Positions 1 through 8,991 of a stretch of DNA of 64,000 bases are shown here, one piece after another. A program made the position numbers and the translations under genes. The first letter of the stretch is position 1, and the number at the start of each line of letters is the position of its first letter. The notes below the pieces were generated by a model. It made no database searches. It saw nothing but the letters and a program-made list of their open reading frames with translations, and was not told the origin of the DNA. Source of the DNA: an uncultured Chloroflexia bacterium (GTDB lineage Bacteria > Chloroflexota > Dehalococcoidia > DSTF01 > JALHUB01); the NCBI GenBank assembly GCA_963703345.1, contig OY969814.1, positions 1 through 64,000 of the forward strand, given 5' to 3'.

Positions 1-42
1 GCGACTGACCATGCCGCGGGTGCGGCGCTGAGGGAGAAGGCG

Positions 43-456
43 ATGGACTTCGAGCGCAAGGGGTACTGGGAGATGCTCATCAGCCGCAGCGTCGCTCGCT
101 TCTTTCTGCTGGCAGCCCTGCACCAGAGGGCCATGCACGGCTATGAGCTGGCGAAGGCGATCAGCGAGGCCTGCTGCGGCTGCTGCAAGCCCAGCGATGC
201 CATGGTCTATCCTGCCCTCCACGACCTGCTGAAGGGCGGATACGTCGAGTGCCTGGTGGAGGCCCGGGGGGGCCGCCCGCGCAAGGTGCACCGTCTTACC
301 GAGAAGGGAGAGGAGGCCTATCGCGTCGCTGCCGCCGCCTGGCAGCGGATCGTCCCTACCATCCAGCAGGCGGCCGTCGCCGCCCTGGGCCCAGCGAGCC
401 GGGAGCGTGCGGGCCAAGGGTGTGCTCCCGCGAAGCTCGAGAGGAGGACTGCCTAG
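43..456 (+). CDS. PadR-family transcriptional regulator with Cys-rich CCGCC segment
   Basis: HGYEL...VYPALHDL...G.V...R.RK.H.LT..G winged-helix PadR pattern; GGAG SD upstream. Confidence 0.85.
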   Translation: MDFERKGYWEMLISRSVARFFLLAALHQRAMHGYELAKAISEACCGCCKPSDAMVYPALHDLLKGGYVECLVEARGGRPRKVHRLTEKGEEAYRVAAAAWQRIVPTIQQAAVAALGPASRERAGQGCAPAKLERRTA

Positions 457-476
457 TACGGGCAGGCATAGGCACA

Positions 477-690
477 ATGGCAAACCAAGCGAATATAAAC
501 CGGGCGGACGTTCTTCAAAAGGTTCTCAGTCTGGAATCGAGCCCGGTGGCAGTCAAAGTTCGTGCCGCAACCCGGGGAGCTCGACGGATTGAGGCCGGCG
601 GAGAAGAGCCGCTACTGCCAGGCGCTGATGTGCGCCCGCAGGGGCGAGAGCGAGCCGCCTATTGAGGAGGCGCTGGCAAAAGCTCAATGA
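477..690 (+). pseudogene. Frameshifted, truncated DUF169-like N-terminal fragment
   Basis: ATG 477 reads LSLESSPVAVK; after a +1 shift at the A-run 555-557 it reads FVPQPGELDGLRPAEKSRYCQALMCARRGE (PVAVKF...R.CQ...AR.G pattern) and ends EEALAKAQ* overlapping the next ATG (ATGA). Confidence 0.6.
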
Positions 691-1199
691 AGAACGCGAC
701 GGCTGTCTCGAACAAGTCAACACAGCAACACTGTCTGCTGAGGCCCATCCTGCTGGCCGTGATCGCGCTGCTCGCCGTTGGCGGCATGGTGGTCTCGTCT
801 TACCTAGCCTACGGAAACATTGGCGGCGAGTCGCTATTCTGCGAGTTCGGGCACGGCTGCGATACTGTTCAAGCCAGCGGGTATTCGGTCGTGCTGGGAG
901 TTCCCGTCGCCGTTTGGGGCGGCCTCCTCTATCTAGCTATACTAACTACCGCTGTCGTCGGAATCTCCCGTACGTCCAGGTTGAGAGAACAGGCGTCCCT
1001 TGCTCTCTTCGGCATGAGCCTCGCGGGGACCCTCTATTCCGGCTACCTGGCCTGGTTAGAGCTCTACCGCATCGAGGCAGTGTGCATGTGGTGCACGATA
1101 TCAGCGCTCATCATTACGGCTGTCCTCGTCGCCTCGGCGGTCAATCTCGCTATCGAGACACGAAGGCGGCCAGATGGCGATATCAGCGCCTCGCGATGA
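687..1199 (+). CDS. Vitamin K epoxide reductase (VKOR) family membrane oxidoreductase
   Basis: C..(GC)DTVQASGYS loop, CMWC redox motif, four to five hydrophobic helices. Confidence 0.9.
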   Translation: MKNATAVSNKSTQQHCLLRPILLAVIALLAVGGMVVSSYLAYGNIGGESLFCEFGHGCDTVQASGYSVVLGVPVAVWGGLLYLAILTTAVVGISRTSRLREQASLALFGMSLAGTLYSGYLAWLELYRIEAVCMWCTISALIITAVLVASAVNLAIETRRRPDGDISASR

Positions 1200-1525
1200 C
1201 TAGAGCCTCGCCAGTTCCTAGTTCGGCGGCGGTGCGGAGTTCCACATCAGCTTCTGGAGGTGGCCAGGAGTGTTCTCATCTTCCTCGTCTACGCGGCTAT
1301 GTGGGCGCGCAATTTCTTCTTCGCCAGTGACGGCCCTCCGCCAACTGGCCGTCACAGCGGAATCTGAAGCGAGGCCTTGAACCTGCCCTGCAATGCGGTG
1401 CGTCCCCACAGCACATTGGGTACAGGCTGCCGCCGCCAGAGCTGCTACCGCCACGGAAGCCAGCACCTCTTCCTTGCACCGGATGGCACCTATATGAAGA
1501 GCCCGGGCTTACTCTGAGGCTGGAC

Positions 1526-2740
1526 ATGGTCAGAAAACCAACTCTTTTTGACTTGTGCAAGACAACCTTCTACATCGGCGCCATCGGCTACGGCGGTCCG
1601 GCGATCCTGGCGCTGATGAAGCGGACGTTTGTCGACCGAAAGAAGTGGATATCCGAAAGGGAGTTCATGAACGCCCTGAGCCTGGCGCAGGTCCTGCCCG
1701 GCGCGACCGGCGTGAGCGTGATGGGTTACATCGGCTTCAAGCTGCATAAGCTGTGGGGTGGAATCCTTGCGCCCCTGTTCTACATTCTCCCAGCCACCGT
1801 AGCCATCACGACGCTAGCCTGGGCCTACTTCCGCTTTGGCGACATTTCCTTCGTCAAGGCACTGTTCGCCGGCCTGGGGGCGCTCGTCGTGGCGCTCCTA
1901 GTGAACGCCACCTGGATACTTGGGCGCTCGGTGTTCAAGAGGCTCGAAGTCGCCGACGCAAAGGGGCTGGCGATCAGCCTGGTCACATTCGTCGGCATCT
2001 ACTTCTTCAGTGTCAACATCATCTGGCTGATCTTCGCCGCCGGTTTTCTCGGGTTTATCCTCTTCTATTTCACCGGCGAGTTAGAGGGCGAAAGAGCGGC
2101 GAGAGGCGAGGCGCTCCTATCCGAGCCTGCTTCTCTGCAACGCGAGGCATTAAGCGTGAGGGATTTCATCCCGGTCATGGCGATAGCGGCGCTGCTTGGC
2201 GTCGGCCTGCTCGTGCCGTCAACCCGCGCCTTGCTGACGACCTTTCTGGGTATTGGCGCGCTTGCCTTTGGCGGCGGCTTCACCACGATTCCCCTCATTC
2301 AGCATCAGGTGGTCGACGCTCACGGCTGGTTGACGACGAAACAGTTCCTCGACGGCATCGCGCTGGGGCAAATCACCCCCGGGCCGGTCTTCATCACGGC
2401 GACATTCGTCGGCTATCACGTGGCCGTGCTCGCCGGGGCGCTGTTCGCGACTCTGGCGATCTTTACGCCCTCGCTGACGGCCATGATCGCCCTGGCTGAC
2501 GTTCACGCGAGGGTGCAGAACCTCAAGATCGTCAAGGTGGTAATCAAGGGATTCCTATCCGGATTCATCGGCCTCCTCATCGCCGTCACGCTACAATTCG
2601 CGGACAAATCGCTGGTGAGCTGGCAGGCGGGGCTGATCTTCATGGGCGCGATCCTCTGGATAATGGTCTTGAAGCGAGACTCAGTGTGGGCGATCCTCGG
2701 CACGATCGCGCTGTCGCTAGTAATATTCCCTTGGTGGTGA
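1526..2740 (+). CDS. chrA: Chromate efflux transporter (long-chain CHR family)
   Basis: Two homologous halves with IGYGGP / AFGGG and LAQVLPGA / LGQITPGP motifs. Confidence 0.92.
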   Translation: MVRKPTLFDLCKTTFYIGAIGYGGPAILALMKRTFVDRKKWISEREFMNALSLAQVLPGATGVSVMGYIGFKLHKLWGGILAPLFYILPATVAITTLAWAYFRFGDISFVKALFAGLGALVVALLVNATWILGRSVFKRLEVADAKGLAISLVTFVGIYFFSVNIIWLIFAAGFLGFILFYFTGELEGERAARGEALLSEPASLQREALSVRDFIPVMAIAALLGVGLLVPSTRALLTTFLGIGALAFGGGFTTIPLIQHQVVDAHGWLTTKQFLDGIALGQITPGPVFITATFVGYHVAVLAGALFATLAIFTPSLTAMIALADVHARVQNLKIVKVVIKGFLSGFIGLLIAVTLQFADKSLVSWQAGLIFMGAILWIMVLKRDSVWAILGTIALSLVIFPWW

Positions 2741-3040
2741 TGACGGGGGTGGGGTTGAGGATTGCGTTGAGCTTCTCAGACTTCGCCTGGGGGGTGATCA
2801 GCAATTGGGCGCGGCCTGGTCGATCCGGGCAGCGACCTGCCGCCGGAGGGGCGTTGGATGATGGCGATCAGCGGCGGCGTGCGCGAGCGCGAGAGCGCAC
2901 TAGTCGAGGGCTCTCCGGACGCGCTAGCGGAGCCACTTGCGCGCTATCTACGGCAGGGCCCGAACATTAGGAAGTAGTCGCTTGGGAGCACCGTATCGCT
3001 CTCCAACGCTGGCCGCCTGAACCGGTACTTGGAGCGGTGC

Positions 3041-3436
3041 CTAGTGCAAGCGATCCATCAGGTTCGGCAGCCCGCCGTGCCAGTAGGCAAGGGCGGCTTC
3101 GGCGACATGCCGCTCGTCAGTGATGATCGGTTTGATGCCGCGCGCCTTCAAGCTCTCGTACGCTCCCCAGCCCATGCCGCCGACGATGACGGCTTCGCAA
3201 TCGTCGATTGTCTCCGCCATCATCTGGTGCTTTGCTTCGGAGTGCTCTCCGTGGCCGTGGGGCTCGCTCGGCACGGTGTGGCAGTCGCAGCCGCCGAACG
3301 TGTGGTGGCCCGCCTTCGCGCGCGTCTCTCTGCCGACGATCTGCCCTTCCTCAATGGCGAGGACGATGTAGTAGGGCGCTCGGCCGAAGTGCTGGCTGAT
3401 CGTGGCTTCGTCGTCGGATACGACCGCGATTTTCAT
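3041..3436 (-). CDS. NifB/NifX (IssA-like) iron-molybdenum cofactor-binding family protein
   Basis: MKIAV...ISQHFGRAPYY, His-rich insert, DCEAVIVGGMGWGAY...GIKPI. Confidence 0.88.
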   Translation of the reverse strand: MKIAVVSDDEATISQHFGRAPYYIVLAIEEGQIVGRETRAKAGHHTFGGCDCHTVPSEPHGHGEHSEAKHQMMAETIDDCEAVIVGGMGWGAYESLKARGIKPIITDERHVAEAALAYWHGGLPNLMDRLH

Positions 3437-3627
3437 CGCGGTCTCCCGGCCGGGCGCCCGGTTCGCCAGCCGAAGCGCAAGCCGAAGCCTCTGCCTAGGC
3501 CGCCTCGTCCGAGTCGCCCGCGTGGGGCAGTCGCGTAGCCGGGCTGATCACTGCCGGAGCAGTAGCCGGCTCGACGGCCCGTCCTGGGCCCCCGGCCCTG
3601 TGGTCCTTTTCTGTTACCGAATGGCAT
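3433..3627 (-). CDS. DUF5320-like small Gly/Arg-rich protein
   Basis: MP...GP.G.GPRTGR.AGYC.G...PGY start after AGGAGG; real start 3627, not 3882. Confidence 0.75.
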   Translation of the reverse strand: MPFGNRKGPQGRGPRTGRRAGYCSGSDQPGYATAPRGRLGRGGLGRGFGLRFGWRTGRPAGRPR

Positions 3628-3704
3628 TTTGTTACCTCCTAGCCATGTCGTCTTGCGTGGAGTGCCGATTTCACTTCGTTTCGGCACAATCTTTGCTATG
3701 CTTT

Positions 3705-4187
3705 CTATCCGCCTTCTCTTCCCCATCGACCGGCGCCGGGCCCTCGACCTCGTCGACCAGCGTACATAGCAGGCACCGCGACCGGCAGGACACGAGCGCT
3801 GCCGCAGGTTGGGCAGGCAAGGGGATGGGCAGACGTCGCCGCCCCAGCAGTGATCTGCCACGCGTGTCCATGCGGGACACAACGAAACTGCTGCCCGGGC
3901 GCGGCGAAGTTGCCGCCTTCGATCCGAATCGCCTTGCCATTCATGAATGCATCTGCGACCTTCTGCCGGGCTGCCTTAAGGACGCGATGGAAGGTTGGGC
4001 GGGAGATGCTCATTTTCTGCGCGCATTCCTCTTGCTCCAGACCCTCCAGATCCTTCAGGCGGATGGCTTCCATCTCCTCCACTGCCAATCTGACCTCGGA
4101 AAGCAAACGCAGGGGTATGCCTGCCGGCTTGAAGTAGGTCGCCAACGGTATGGCTGCTACGGTTCTCCATTTGCACGGTCTTGGCAT
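3705..4187 (-). CDS. DUF134 HTH protein with C-terminal zinc ribbon
   Basis: MPRP.K.R...YFKP.G...EEMEAIRLKDLEGLEQEECA..M.ISRPTF...GKAIRIEGG; C..H/CPTC tail. Confidence 0.9.
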   Translation of the reverse strand: MPRPCKWRTVAAIPLATYFKPAGIPLRLLSEVRLAVEEMEAIRLKDLEGLEQEECAQKMSISRPTFHRVLKAARQKVADAFMNGKAIRIEGGNFAAPGQQFRCVPHGHAWQITAGAATSAHPLACPTCGSARVLPVAVPAMYAGRRGRGPGAGRWGREGG

Positions 4188-4209
4188 CGGGTCTGCTCTT
4201 CAATTCTAC

Positions 4210-4231
4210 GTTATGAACATATGACCATAAC
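4210..4231. promoter_or_regulatory. Imperfect palindrome GTTATG-aa-CATATG-ac-CATAAC, probable operator of the DUF134 operon
   Basis: 22-bp dyad about 25 bp upstream of the DUF134 start. Confidence 0.6.
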
Positions 4232-4358
4232 TATCGTACCACTGGTGGTTGGGGATGTCAATGGATCGGGCGGCAGGAAGCCAAAGCGGCACGTAACGGC
4301 GGGTGGGCGCGAGCGCGCGTTGGGAGTTTCCGCCTCTTTACACCACACTCGGTCCTGA

Positions 4359-4403
4359 CTAGAATGGGGGAACGGTCAATGACCGGCCGGTCACTCATTC
4401 TAG
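4359..4403. promoter_or_regulatory. TetR-type operator TGACCGGCCGGTCA (4380-4393) inside CTAGAATG/CATTCTAG inverted repeat
   Basis: Perfect 14-bp palindrome upstream of the TetR gene. Confidence 0.65.
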
Positions 4404-4548
4404 CGAGCTGCGGGCAGTGGCGTTCCGCCTGGGTTTCACGGCTCGGACATGGCGGTTGTCGCCTTAGAACCTCGGGTTTGCCCAGCGGCGTATGAGCGGC
4501 CATACGGTGGCACTGTGAGCGCCATGTGTGCAGGCTTGGAGGTTGTAA

Positions 4549-5208
4549 ATGGCTCGAACCCTAACCTTGCCGCAGCAGCGCAAAGAGGAGACGCAAGCTC
4601 GCATCCTGGAAGCGGCCTATCGCGTGTTCGCCCGTCGAGGCTACGAAGCCGCGACCGTGGAGGAGATCACGGACGAATGCGGCATCGCCAAAGGGGCGCT
4701 GTATACCCACTTTGCGAGCAAAGAGGAACTCTTCCGCACCATCCTCGTCGAGCGCGTGCGCCGCCGGGCCGCGGAGACGGCCGCCCGCCTTGAGCCCAAC
4801 CTGCCGCTGCGCGAGAGTGTCATTCGCATAATCGAGGCTTCGTGGGCGACCTGCCGGACGGATCCGGTCTGGTCGCCTCTGCTTATGGAGTTCTGGGCGA
4901 TGGCCGGCCGCAACGAGTGGGGCCGCGAAGCCGTTGCCGAGCTGTTCGACCACTGCTCCGCTGCGCTCGCCCGGTTCTTCTCCGGCGCCAAACGCGCGGG
5001 CCTGGTTCGCGCCGAACTGGACGTGCAGCACGCTGCCCGTCTCTTCTTAGCCGTGAACGACGGCCTCGTCCTGCAGTATCAGACGCAACCGGACAAGGTT
5101 ACTCCCGAGGAATTCCTCGGGCCGATGGCCGACATGATCACGGGTTACTTGACGGCCGGGAACCCGGAGGTCAGTGAGACGGCGGCCGGGCGGAAGAGCC
5201 GGGATTGA
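4549..5208 (+). CDS. TetR/AcrR family regulator
   Basis: RILEAA..VFARRGY..ATVEEI..ECGIAKGALY.HF.SKEELF. Confidence 0.95.
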   Translation: MARTLTLPQQRKEETQARILEAAYRVFARRGYEAATVEEITDECGIAKGALYTHFASKEELFRTILVERVRRRAAETAARLEPNLPLRESVIRIIEASWATCRTDPVWSPLLMEFWAMAGRNEWGREAVAELFDHCSAALARFFSGAKRAGLVRAELDVQHAARLFLAVNDGLVLQYQTQPDKVTPEEFLGPMADMITGYLTAGNPEVSETAAGRKSRD

Positions 5209-5210
5209 CA

Positions 5211-6110
5211 ATGGGAGAGTACAGGCATCCAGAAGCGCTGGCGACGACGGAGTGGCTGGCCACACACCTCGACGATCCGTCGGTTCGCATTGTGGATATG
5301 CGCCACTACGTCCGGGCGGTTTCGGGCGGCTCGTTCCGGGCCGTCTCGGGAAGGGAAGCCTACCAGCAAGGCCACATCCCAGGGGCGGTATTCGTCGATT
5401 TCGCATCCGACCTCTCGGAGCCGGGAGACGACCTGCTCAACATCCTGCCGCCCGACCACTTCGCGGCCCTGATGGGATGTCTGGGGAGCGGCAACGACAG
5501 CACGGTCGTTGTGTATGACGATCAGGGCGGGACCTGGGCGGCGCGGCTCTGGTGGGCCTTGCGGTACTACGGCCACGATGCCGCGAAGGTTCTGAACGGC
5601 GGCCTGACCAAGTGGACTGCCGAAGGGCGTCCTCTGGAAACCGGTACTACTACCTCTGCCGCTGCGACCTTCCAGGCGCGAATACGTCCCGAGCTCATTG
5701 CCGGCCGCGACGAAGTGCTCCAGGCACCAGGACGACCGGACGTTTGCATCGTCGATGCGCTGCCGAAACCCTTCTACAGCGGCAGAATGGGACTCTATCC
5801 GACGCATAGGGCCGGCCATATTCCCACTGCCCGAAACCTACCGGCGACCGACAACGTTGACCGCGTCGCTCAAACCCTGTTGCCGCCGGACGAGCTGGCA
5901 CAGCTCTGGCGGAAGCTGGACCTGAGCCCTGACCAGAGGGTGATCACGTACTGCGGTGGCGGCGCCTACGGCGCCTTCGACCTCTTCGTGTTGTACGTGC
6001 TGGGTCATGAGAACGTCGCCCTCTACGATGGTTCATGGATGGAATGGGGAGCGGACCCGGATTTGCCCGTCGAAACGGGCCCAGACAACAAGACTCTCGA
6101 TTCAGATTAG
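5211..6110 (+). CDS. Two-domain sulfurtransferase (rhodanese/SseA-like)
   Basis: GHIPGA, ARLWW.L...GH, GHIPTA, active-site YCGGG, LYDGSW.EW; ATG 5211 preferred over TTG 5205. Confidence 0.93.
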   Translation: MGEYRHPEALATTEWLATHLDDPSVRIVDMRHYVRAVSGGSFRAVSGREAYQQGHIPGAVFVDFASDLSEPGDDLLNILPPDHFAALMGCLGSGNDSTVVVYDDQGGTWAARLWWALRYYGHDAAKVLNGGLTKWTAEGRPLETGTTTSAAATFQARIRPELIAGRDEVLQAPGRPDVCIVDALPKPFYSGRMGLYPTHRAGHIPTARNLPATDNVDRVAQTLLPPDELAQLWRKLDLSPDQRVITYCGGGAYGAFDLFVLYVLGHENVALYDGSWMEWGADPDLPVETGPDNKTLDSD

Positions 6111-6124
6111 CCAAGGAGGTACCA

Positions 6125-6709
6125 ATGGCTCGCGTCGCATTGTTAGACCCAGACCAGGCCACCGGCAAAACTAAGGACATGTTCGAAAGGGTCAAGAGCT
6201 ATTATCGAATGGTCCCCGCCCTTCAGAGAGGGCTGGCCTACCTTCCCCAGACCGCTGACGCTCTGTGGGCTCTGAGCCAGACCACCGTTCAAGAGGGCAG
6301 CATTCGTGAAGAGCTCAAGCGCGTATTCTTCGCTGTCACCGCCTGCGAAGTCGAGTGTCAATACTGCACCGCAGCTCACATGATGGCCCTGCGCGGCAAG
6401 CACTGGAGCACGGAAGAGTGTGTGGAGGTGATCGACGGCAAACCCTCGCCGCGGCTCTCCGACAAAGAGAACGCCGCCGTGAACTTCGCACGCGTTGTCG
6501 GGCGGCGGCCGGCAGCGGTCACCGATGAGATGGTCGACGAACTCCGAGCAGCGGGATGGACCGACGCGGAAATCGTTGAGATTGTGGCGTCGGTAGCTCT
6601 GATGCGGTACACCAGCACGGTGGCCGTCGCGCTCGACGTGCCGCTGGAAAGGGCGATGGTGGATCTAGTCGAGAACCGCGGTGCCCGTCTCACCCCTCTT
6701 CGCGACTGA
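6125..6709 (+). CDS. AhpD/carboxymuconolactone decarboxylase-like peroxidase-related protein
   Basis: CQYC..AH motif, LR.AG.TD.EI.EI; AAGGAGGT SD before ATG 6125. Confidence 0.85.
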   Translation: MARVALLDPDQATGKTKDMFERVKSYYRMVPALQRGLAYLPQTADALWALSQTTVQEGSIREELKRVFFAVTACEVECQYCTAAHMMALRGKHWSTEECVEVIDGKPSPRLSDKENAAVNFARVVGRRPAAVTDEMVDELRAAGWTDAEIVEIVASVALMRYTSTVAVALDVPLERAMVDLVENRGARLTPLRD

Positions 6710-7011
6710 CCGGGTGGCCCCCTCCCCTCCACCATTGGCCACGTGCCCTGCGCGCAACACGGCGGCTCGTTTAGGCATGTGGCTTCGTGCCGCCATCCTC
6801 CTCCACAATGTTGAAACAAGAATCGGTGTGGCGAGACAAAGCTCCGTCCGCGTCTAGAGAAGTAGGCGGGTGACCTTCCGCCACCCCACAGCTGCGCCAG
6901 GTCGAAGGCGGAGCGATGGAGGGCGGCGTGGGGGTGCCAGGCCCTGCGCTACGTCGGGCCGTCGGGTGGCGGGACCGATAGAGAGCAAATCGGCGAGACC
7001 CCGACTCTGGC

Positions 7012-7302
7012 TCACCGTGTCCGATGGCTGCCCTTGGGCACGTAGTCGAAGAAGCGTTCCGTGGTGTCCCCCGAGGCCCAGGCTGCCCGCAGGCGGGTGC
7101 GCCGCTCCACCCTCCGCAGGGCAGAAAGCAGCATCCGGTTGAGGTCCCTGGCGCTGTCGCCCGCCACGGTTCCTTCGACGTGCCAACCATCCTCAGTCGC
7201 GGTCACAGTGCCGGCGACGAGCTCCTCGAGCACCGGCCGCACGGCCGTGGGGTTGTCGCTGCTGACATCGGCAACCAGCCGGAACCGGCGCGCCTCGCCC
7301 AC
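7012..7302 (-). CDS. Hypothetical protein (about 96 aa)
   Basis: GGAGG 8 nt before GTG 7302; globular sequence SARDLNR.LLSALRRVERRTRLRA.W...TERFFDYV. Confidence 0.65.
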   Translation of the reverse strand: MGEARRFRLVADVSSDNPTAVRPVLEELVAGTVTATEDGWHVEGTVAGDSARDLNRMLLSALRRVERRTRLRAAWASGDTTERFFDYVPKGSHRTR

Positions 7303-7395
7303 TGGCACATCCTCCGTTCGGCAATGATCAACAAGGTATCGCGGCACATGGCGCTCACTCCCGCGCCGCTCGCTGTTCAAAGTGGTTCGGCCGAG

Positions 7396-7911
7396 TCATC
7401 CTAGATGCTCTGCGTCGCTCGGGCAACTGGCTGGTGGCGTCGGCGGGAGGGTCCGAGGCGGCCTGGGTAGAAACCGAGGAACGCGCGCTCGGTACCTCCT
7501 GTACTCGTCCCCAAAGGCCTTCTCCAGGTCAGACTCCTCAACCCTTGCCAGTTGATAGAGTACGGCGATGCTGGCCGTCGCCCAGGCGAAGCCGAGCCAA
7601 GCTTCAAATACCAACGCTACCCCAAGAATGATAACCATGAAGGAGAGGTAAATGGGGTTTCGCGTCCAGTCATAGATTCCGGAGGTCACAAGGTGATCTA
7701 TTCGCCAAGTGTTGCGGAGGTCATTGAAGCACCAGATTCTTACGGTCGCTCCCAGAATAATCAAGGCGATGCCCAGACCCTTAAGGGCCAGCGGCTCATG
7801 AATAAGCAGTCCCGCGCTCCGGCTGAAATCGATGGCGAGTATGCCCACTAAGGCTATGCCTTCGCCAACGATGAATTGCCTGATTCTGGGTGATGGGGTT
7901 TCTCTTGCCAT
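7396..7911 (-). CDS. Isoprenylcysteine carboxyl methyltransferase (ICMT/PEMT) family membrane protein
   Basis: LVTSGIY..TRNPIY and EE..L...FG.EY..Y...VPRF motifs. Confidence 0.88.
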   Translation of the reverse strand: MARETPSPRIRQFIVGEGIALVGILAIDFSRSAGLLIHEPLALKGLGIALIILGATVRIWCFNDLRNTWRIDHLVTSGIYDWTRNPIYLSFMVIILGVALVFEAWLGFAWATASIAVLYQLARVEESDLEKAFGDEYRRYRARVPRFLPRPPRTLPPTPPASCPSDAEHLG

Positions 7912-8310
7912 CTCAGCCCTAGCCTTCGGCAGAAGTATCACATGCCCCGATCCTCAGGGCAAATCCGCACGGCGACTTCCGGACTCTGGGTCCGGTACTC
8001 AGCGCCAAGAGAATAGCTAAGAGGAAGACGGCTATTGGCGGCACCAATCGTATCTGGGCGGGGATTCTCAGAGAGTCGGAGATGCTTGGACACAGGGCTC
8101 AAGAACTTCGAGTCCGGTACTCAGGTTGAGGGCACGTTCGACTTGACCTGAATGTAGTTCAGGCGACCCGACTCCCAGTGCCGGCTCCGCAGCGGTCCGG
8201 AAGATCGCTGCTGTCAGGCGGCGGTGGCCTCCGAATACGAGCCTACATCATCGACGTCGCTCTTGGCGGATTCCAGCCATCGGAAGCCCTCGCTTGGCCA
8301 ATGAATTAGC

Positions 8311-8338
8311 TTGAATTGGCCGTCAATAGGGGTATAAT
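8311..8338 (+). promoter_or_regulatory. sigma70-like promoter TTGAAT-N16-TATAAT facing the tRNA fragment
   Basis: Perfect -10 and 4/6 -35 in a locally AT-rich patch. Confidence 0.5.
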
Positions 8339-8435
8339 AGCGCCGATTGGCAATTTGGCGGCCCTCTGCTTAGATCTGCAGAACGTGCGCGTCAGATTCA
8401 AGAGGGAGCCTGGGAAGCGGAAAACCAACCCGAGC

Positions 8436-8481
8436 CTTCCCAAGCAGAGGGTCGCGGGTTCGAGTCCCGTTTCCCGCTCCA
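8436..8481 (+). mobile_element. Orphan 3' half of tRNA-Gly(CCC); probable att site at the right end of a genomic island
   Basis: CTTCCCAAGCAGA-GGGTC-GCGGG-TTCGAGT-CCCGT-TTCCCGC-TCCA gives anticodon loop, T-arm, acceptor strand and CCA; the needed 5' half (GCGGGAA...) is absent. Confidence 0.8.
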
Positions 8482-8991
8482 ACTCTCCTCCTGTACCTGC
8501 AACATTCATCTGCTTTGTATTGACTCCTCGCGTTGCGCGTTCCAGTTGCGATGTCACAGTCGATCCCGCACAGCCCGAGCCCCCGGCTGAATCGAATACA
8601 GGGCCATTCAAGGCCAAGGGCGCAAGAATCGAAGCGAACTAGGAGATCAAGGAGGGATTCTCTTCGTGATGCGCCTGCGACAGAATCGTGAGCCAGCTGT
8701 GATCTCAGCGTGATTCGCGCGTAATGTTCCCAGCCGTCCCATCATCCTGATCATCGTGCCTCGAGCAAGAGGCACCGAAGTTGAACTGAGGCGAAGTTGA
8801 TTGCTTGCCGCACCACGGACAAAGACACTCCGTGTCTGGCCAGCTTTGGTCCTCTGCTTTTTCATGCTTCTCTCACGGCGCTGCGACTTCGCTTCACGTA
8901 CACGCCACCTCTTCCCGCGATACTTGAATGAAGCCCGCCGCTGGATGTGGCTGGTTCAATGTGCCCAACGATGAAAGGGAGACGAGAAAGA

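Noticed and set aside
1218-1466. 82-aa minus-strand ORF with a possible SD
   Set aside because: No recognisable motif; cannot be supported as a gene.
8436-8481. Functional tRNA-Gly gene
   Set aside because: No contiguous 5' acceptor strand or D-arm.
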